Under the pieces are notes generated by a model. The model was not told where the DNA came from. It made no database searches and was given only the letters and a program-made list of their open reading frames with translations. A DNA stretch of 63,007 bases from Bacteroidales bacterium (GTDB lineage Bacteria > Bacteroidota > Bacteroidia > Bacteroidales > UBA932). Shown piece by piece: positions 58,351 through 63,007 of the stretch. The stretch covers positions 1-63,007 of the forward strand of contig JAGONS010000001.1 in NCBI GenBank assembly GCA_017992915.1, given 5' to 3'. Made by a program: the position numbers and the translations under genes. Position 1 is the first letter of the stretch. The number at the start of each line of letters is the position of its first letter.

Positions 58351-59499
58351 ATGACACAAAAGACTAATATTAAGGTAGTGATTGCCGCTCAAATCGGTAT
58401 CTTCTTTTTCGGAGTTGTGTTCTTTGTACTGGGCACAATCCTCAATGCACTGGGCCTGACCTCTGCCCAGAGCTCGACACTGGCCAGCTCGCTCCCTCTG
58501 GGAGTGCTTATCGGCTCATTGGTATTTGGTCCAATCATCGACAGATACGGATACAAAATTCTCTTGGTCGGTGCAGCTGCAATGGGCGTTGTAGGTCTTG
58601 AGATCCTCGCATTTACAAACTCCTTCGGTGCAATGGTGGCTGCCATACTTTTGATCGGTACCTGCGGAGGAATGCTCAACGGATCCACCAGCGCCCTCAT
58701 TTCCGACTCTTCCGAAGGAAAAGCCAGGACATCTAACCTTTTTGTGCTCGGTCTGGTCTATTGCATCGGAGCCATTGTCATTACCCTGATAATGACACTC
58801 CTATATGATATTGTTGACTATCACAAGGTTCTCATGGTAATGGGCTTTTTCATGGCATCCGCCATGCTCTATTTCATAGTGATAAAATTTCCCGAAGCCA
58901 AATGCAAGCAGGGTATCTCCTTCAGAAGCGTGATCAAGATGATTAAGGAACCCACCCTTATTATTTTCAGCCTTGCACTGGCGTTCCAGAGTGGTCTGGA
59001 AGCCCTTGCGGCTACATGGACCTCAAAATATCTGGCAGATATAGGGTATGTCGGAAGAATGGCGCTTGTAGCATCGATTTTCATTCCTGTCGGCCTCGCA
59101 ATCAGCAGGGCATCTCTGATTGGTATCTCCAGAAAGGCCTCCAGCAAGGCAATCGTGCTAACAAGTATGGCAATAGCCGTTGTAGGTATCATTTGTCTCT
59201 TTACCGCCAACAACGCAGTGATGACCATTATAGGTACAACACTAATAGGTATGGGCCTTGCAGCTACATTCCCCGCCACATTCGGCATACTCGGAGAGAA
59301 GTACAGCGAGATGTCGGGTACTGCCTTCAGTTTTGCCCTGACCATCGCTCTTATAGGCAACACCCTCCTCAATAAACTTGTGGGAACACTAGGAACAGGT
59401 TCCCTTCTCTATGTAATGCTTGGATCCATCGTACTGCTTGTGGTATTATTCTTGATTGGATGTTCTACCATTAAGCCTAAAAAGGTGACAAAAGGGTAA
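58351..59499 (+). CDS. MFS transporter
   Basis: About 12 hydrophobic helices in 382 aa, with a DRYGYK loop motif between TM2 and TM3. Confidence 0.75.
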   Translation: MTQKTNIKVVIAAQIGIFFFGVVFFVLGTILNALGLTSAQSSTLASSLPLGVLIGSLVFGPIIDRYGYKILLVGAAAMGVVGLEILAFTNSFGAMVAAILLIGTCGGMLNGSTSALISDSSEGKARTSNLFVLGLVYCIGAIVITLIMTLLYDIVDYHKVLMVMGFFMASAMLYFIVIKFPEAKCKQGISFRSVIKMIKEPTLIIFSLALAFQSGLEALAATWTSKYLADIGYVGRMALVASIFIPVGLAISRASLIGISRKASSKAIVLTSMAIAVVGIICLFTANNAVMTIIGTTLIGMGLAATFPATFGILGEKYSEMSGTAFSFALTIALIGNTLLNKLVGTLGTGSLLYVMLGSIVLLVVLFLIGCSTIKPKKVTKG

Positions 59500-59514
59500 T
59501 TATTGATTGATTTG

Positions 59515-61869
59515 ATGCCATCGATGGTCAGTAAAAGAGTTGTAATAGTGCTGCTGACGGTATTGTGTCTGGTCGCTTCCTCATATGGACGCGGCCGTTA
59601 TATTATTACTATCGGTCGACACACTATTCCCGCTTTTTGCGACACCATTCCTACTGTTCAGGATACCATTCCCGCTTTTCGCGACACTATTCCTACTGTT
59701 CAGTATACCATTCCCGCAATTCAGGATAGTGCCGCACTCTCTTCCGGAGTACCGGTCACCGATACAATCGCGGCCTCGTCTGACACTCTGACCTATCCAT
59801 ACGGCATTATGGAGATAGATACGGTGAATTTCTGGAAATGCATCGATACGCTCACCATCCCCTATCTCGACTCTACCTATACCGCTTACTTTGATTCTCT
59901 CGCACTTTACCTTCCGGATGCAAAAGATATAAAAAGGGCTGAACGAAGAATCGCCAGAGAGTACCGCGACAGCGTAAGGCTGGCCACACCCCGTATTTTG
60001 GACAGCTATATCATTCCCGATTCACTCCACTACCGGCGTATGCTCACCTGGACACACGATCAGGATTTCAACGACATTACTCTCATGGAAATAGATACCT
60101 CGTTCCAGTACAGGTTCAACGACTATCCCTTCCTGCGTAATGACGTCAATGGCACATATCTCGGAACAATTGGCTCTGCAATACAGTATCACAACTTTTT
60201 TAAACGGGAAAAAATGGATGTATTTCCGATGTTCGAACCCTATCTGGGCTACTTTTACACGCCGGAAAACATACCACAATACAACACCAAATCTGCATAT
60301 ACGGAACTTGCATATTGGGGGACACCCTTCGCCACTCAGCAACTGGAGGAGTCCTGTGTCAAAATCCTCACCACCCAGAATATCACGCCTGCACTCAACC
60401 TCTCCTTCCTATACAGACAGTACGGATCGAAAGGTATGCTCAAGGATGAAGCTACCAACAACCGTTCATACGCTATCGGAGTCAATTATCTCGGCAAAAA
60501 ATACCTTCTCAACGCCGGCTTCATCAGCCAAGCGGTAATCCGTTCCGAAAACGGCGGTCTGCAAGACTCATTCTGGATCAGGGACACCATCGTAGATGCC
60601 AAATCCATTGACGTCAATCTTCAGGATGCCGACAATCTGCTCAAACGAAGAACTGCATATCTAAGCCACACCTACACCATACCGATGAATTTCTTCCGTA
60701 AAAAGGATTCACTTTCGGTAGGTGAAGGTACCGTCGCATACATAGGACATAGCGCCGAGTACTCGAGATATGGAAAAGTTTACACTGACAACATCGCTGA
60801 AAACGACATTCACGGTCGTAATTTCTATTTAAACCAATTCCATCTCAACAATATATCCAGCAGAGACTCTCTGGGAACGGAACGGTTTGAAAATAAAGCC
60901 TTCATACGTCTGCAGCCGTTTGCCCACGATGCCGTTTTATCAAAAATCGACGCTGGAGTCGGCTACCAGATGCTCTCCATCCATAGTTTCGAACCCTCGC
61001 ACTATCTGAGCGGAACCAACAATGAGCGTCACAATAATCTCTACCTTTATGCCGGAGTTTCGGGACAATACCGAAAATACCTCTCCTGGAATGCTGATGG
61101 CAAATACACCTTTGCCGGATACAATCTCAATGACCTCGACATTGGAGGAAAAATCAGATTATCATTCTACCCTATAGAGGGTGGTATCCATCTTACAGGT
61201 CGATTGCGCACCACACTGACGGAACCTCACCCTTTTCATCAGAAAATTTATACAAACCACCACAAGTGGCACAATGACTTCACCAAAATCTCCGACAGCA
61301 GGGTCGAGGCTTCTCTCGATATTCCGAAATGGCATACACATGCCGGATTCGACTATGCTCTCGTGAGCGGGCTGATCTATTACGACACTCTCTCGATTAT
61401 AAGACAAGTGAACAAGCCTGTAAGCATCATTTCGGCATCTCTGGAGCAGAACATCCGACTTTGGATACTCCATCTGGACAATCGTGCTCTGTTCCAGATG
61501 GCATCTGATGGAGAGGCGCTCCCTTTGCCGAAACTTTCCCTCAATCTCAAATATTATATAGAATTCAACGTGGTCAAGGATGTGATGAGAATGCAAATAG
61601 GTCTCAACGCCCTCTTCCACACCAAATATTATGTTCAATCGTACAGCCCCGACCTCGGAGTATTCCATAACCAGCAAAAGGAACTCATAGGAGGCACCCC
61701 ATATTTCGATGCATTTGTCAATGTACAGTGGAAAAACGTCACTCTATTTGTCAAGTACACCAACACATTCAAAGGGTGGCCTCAGGCAGATTATTTTTCA
61801 GCCTACAATTACATAAGGCCTGAAAGGGGCTTCAAATTTGGCATCTGGTGGCCATTCTACATCAGATAA
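59515..61869 (+). CDS. Bacteroidetes 'putative porin' family outer-membrane protein with an N-terminal TIP heptad repeat
   Basis: Signal peptide and a large beta-rich body. The C-terminal ...FVKYTNTFKGWP...YNYIRPERGFKFGIWWPFY is typical of the putative-porin family. The start is ATG 59515 or 59524. Confidence 0.6.
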   Translation: MPSMVSKRVVIVLLTVLCLVASSYGRGRYIITIGRHTIPAFCDTIPTVQDTIPAFRDTIPTVQYTIPAIQDSAALSSGVPVTDTIAASSDTLTYPYGIMEIDTVNFWKCIDTLTIPYLDSTYTAYFDSLALYLPDAKDIKRAERRIAREYRDSVRLATPRILDSYIIPDSLHYRRMLTWTHDQDFNDITLMEIDTSFQYRFNDYPFLRNDVNGTYLGTIGSAIQYHNFFKREKMDVFPMFEPYLGYFYTPENIPQYNTKSAYTELAYWGTPFATQQLEESCVKILTTQNITPALNLSFLYRQYGSKGMLKDEATNNRSYAIGVNYLGKKYLLNAGFISQAVIRSENGGLQDSFWIRDTIVDAKSIDVNLQDADNLLKRRTAYLSHTYTIPMNFFRKKDSLSVGEGTVAYIGHSAEYSRYGKVYTDNIAENDIHGRNFYLNQFHLNNISSRDSLGTERFENKAFIRLQPFAHDAVLSKIDAGVGYQMLSIHSFEPSHYLSGTNNERHNNLYLYAGVSGQYRKYLSWNADGKYTFAGYNLNDLDIGGKIRLSFYPIEGGIHLTGRLRTTLTEPHPFHQKIYTNHHKWHNDFTKISDSRVEASLDIPKWHTHAGFDYALVSGLIYYDTLSIIRQVNKPVSIISASLEQNIRLWILHLDNRALFQMASDGEALPLPKLSLNLKYYIEFNVVKDVMRMQIGLNALFHTKYYVQSYSPDLGVFHNQQKELIGGTPYFDAFVNVQWKNVTLFVKYTNTFKGWPQADYFSAYNYIRPERGFKFGIWWPFYIR
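59620..59724 (+). repeat. Five tandem 21-nt coding repeats (HTIPAFC DTIPTVQ DTIPAFR DTIPTVQ YTIPAIQ)
   Basis: Read directly: five consecutive in-frame 21-nt units, with a 42-nt higher-order unit, inside the porin-family gene. Confidence 0.9.
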
Positions 61870-61873
61870 CAGC

Positions 61874-62890
61874 ATGACCAAAAAGGACATTTACTTCTTC
61901 GGGAAATGTTTGCTGGTACTGATAATAGTGATTACTATCAAACTGATGATTCCGGAGAACCGCGGAAAACGCAATACTTATCACATATATCTTAAGGACA
62001 CTCTTGTGTTCAGCATTATACCGGACTGCCAAAGCCGTCAGGGAGGATTCAATCGCGAATTGATTGAGAGATTTGCAGAGTACAATGGCTCTGAATCTCT
62101 CATAGTACCTTCTGTGGGTGGCGAACTGGACTGGAAATACCTTGTTGATGGGAAGTATGACATGCTGGTCTTCAGTATGAACGATTCAATTCCCGACCAA
62201 TATGCTTCAAAGGTGCTTGTAACACGTGAAACCGGCGGCAGGGATGCCTGTGCTGTAAAAGTCGGCAATAAACGGCTGCTCAACAGTTTCAATTTCTGGC
62301 TTTCCGACTTCAAGTCGGACGATACCTATAGGCAGATGGTCTTCAGGTTTTTCAGGTCATACCGTTTGAGTGCAATGCCGGAGGGATTTGACCATAAGAA
62401 TGCCATTTCCCCATACGATTACATTATCAAGAAATATAGCAGCTACATAAATGCAGACTGGAGGCTTATCAGCGCCATTATTTACGAAGAATCGCGTTTC
62501 ATCCACTCTTCGTCATCGGCAAAGAATGCACGTGGTCTGATGCAAATCAAAGAGTCCACCGCAGCCATTTACGGCGTGGAGGATATTCTAGATCCGGAAC
62601 TCAATATAAAAGCGGGAACGCTCCATTTCGACTATCTTTTCAATCTTTACCGAAAAGAAGGATTAGATTCTGCTAATGTGATCAAATTTGCTCTCGCATC
62701 CTACAATGCAGGTACCGGACGCATCAAGCAATGTCGCGAACACGCCGCATCAGTAGGGTTGGACCCAAATAACTGGGAAGAAGTGGTAAAGGGCTTCGAT
62801 TCAATGCCCGATTTCAAAGGAACACAGACGACAAGGTATGTGAGAAATGTCATAGACCTTTTCGAACGCTACAAACAAGTGGTTGAGTAG
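61874..62890 (+). CDS. Membrane-anchored lytic transglycosylase (SLT domain, MltF-like)
   Basis: N-terminal TM anchor and SLT catalytic motifs IIYEESRF, GLMQI and YNAG. The start is taken at MTKKDIYFF. Confidence 0.8.
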   Translation: MTKKDIYFFGKCLLVLIIVITIKLMIPENRGKRNTYHIYLKDTLVFSIIPDCQSRQGGFNRELIERFAEYNGSESLIVPSVGGELDWKYLVDGKYDMLVFSMNDSIPDQYASKVLVTRETGGRDACAVKVGNKRLLNSFNFWLSDFKSDDTYRQMVFRFFRSYRLSAMPEGFDHKNAISPYDYIIKKYSSYINADWRLISAIIYEESRFIHSSSSAKNARGLMQIKESTAAIYGVEDILDPELNIKAGTLHFDYLFNLYRKEGLDSANVIKFALASYNAGTGRIKQCREHAASVGLDPNNWEEVVKGFDSMPDFKGTQTTRYVRNVIDLFERYKQVVE

Positions 62891-63007
62891 TCTGTAGTGG
62901 GGAGTGTGTAGTCTGTAGTGGGGAGTGTGTAGTGGTGAGTGGGTAGTGGGGAGTGGGTAGTGGGGAGTGGGTAGTGGGGAGTGGGTAGTGGGGAGTGGGT
63001 AGTGGGG
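62891..63007 (+). repeat. Tandem heptamer array (TNNNNAG)n: (TCTGTAG TGGGGAG TGTGTAG)x2, TGGTGAG, then (TGGGTAG TGGGGAG)x4.5, running off the window
   Basis: Read directly. It is perfectly phased in 7-nt units from the base after the TAG stop at 62888-62890. Apart from two C bases it is C-free on this strand, with GGG/GGGG tracts every 7 nt. Confidence 0.95.

Noticed and set aside
62891-63007. Whether the repeat at the window end is a CRISPR array or a telomere-like end.
   Set aside because: The units are 7 nt and contiguous with no spacers, and no cas genes are present. That is incompatible with CRISPR. I kept it as a tandem-repeat finding instead. A contig-end artefact cannot be excluded from this window alone.

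Overview
This is a 63-kb, densely coding chromosomal segment that looks like a Bacteroidales (Bacteroidota) genome. The clues are TAnnTTTG-type -7 promoter boxes 15-30 nt upstream of many starts, no Shine-Dalgarno dependence, many outer-membrane barrels ending in F, TPR/porin-family proteins, and a TamB, TsaD and GyrB backbone. I support about 50 protein genes. They cover envelope and peptidoglycan remodelling (TamB, LD-carboxypeptidase, M23/LysM peptidase, amidase, MltF-like transglycosylase, AmgK/MurU-like recycling genes), DNA repair and replication (uvrB, uvrA, nth, gyrB, xerD), stringent response (RelA/SpoT homolog), NAD salvage, proteases (TldD/PmbA, two M28 peptidases) and several envelope proteins of unknown function. 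I saw no rRNA, tRNA, CRISPR array, transposase or phage genes.

The most unusual signals are:
1. Three intergenic arrays of a degenerate 7-nt repeat (TNNNNAG). Each starts exactly at a TAG stop codon in the sense orientation of the upstream gene. One of them is a G-quadruplex-prone tandem array running off the window end.
2. A lipoprotein plus radical SAM/SPASM two-gene module of unknown function, in a visibly AT-richer stretch together with a small outer-membrane barrel.
3. A four-gene envelope operon: a TMEM43/DUF1625-like protein, a YD-repeat-like lipoprotein, LemA and a DUF2207 protein.
4. An AmgK-type sugar kinase fused to a RapZ C-terminal domain, next to a MurU-like nucleotidyltransferase.
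5. A PncB-PncA (NAPRTase-nicotinamidase) fusion.
6. A tight uvrB - rel - uvrA arrangement in which the Rel hydrolase motifs are degenerate.
7. A zeta-toxin-like P-loop kinase with an unlisted, overlapping 52-codon downstream ORF.

All functional calls come from reading motifs in the translated ORFs. No database search was possible.
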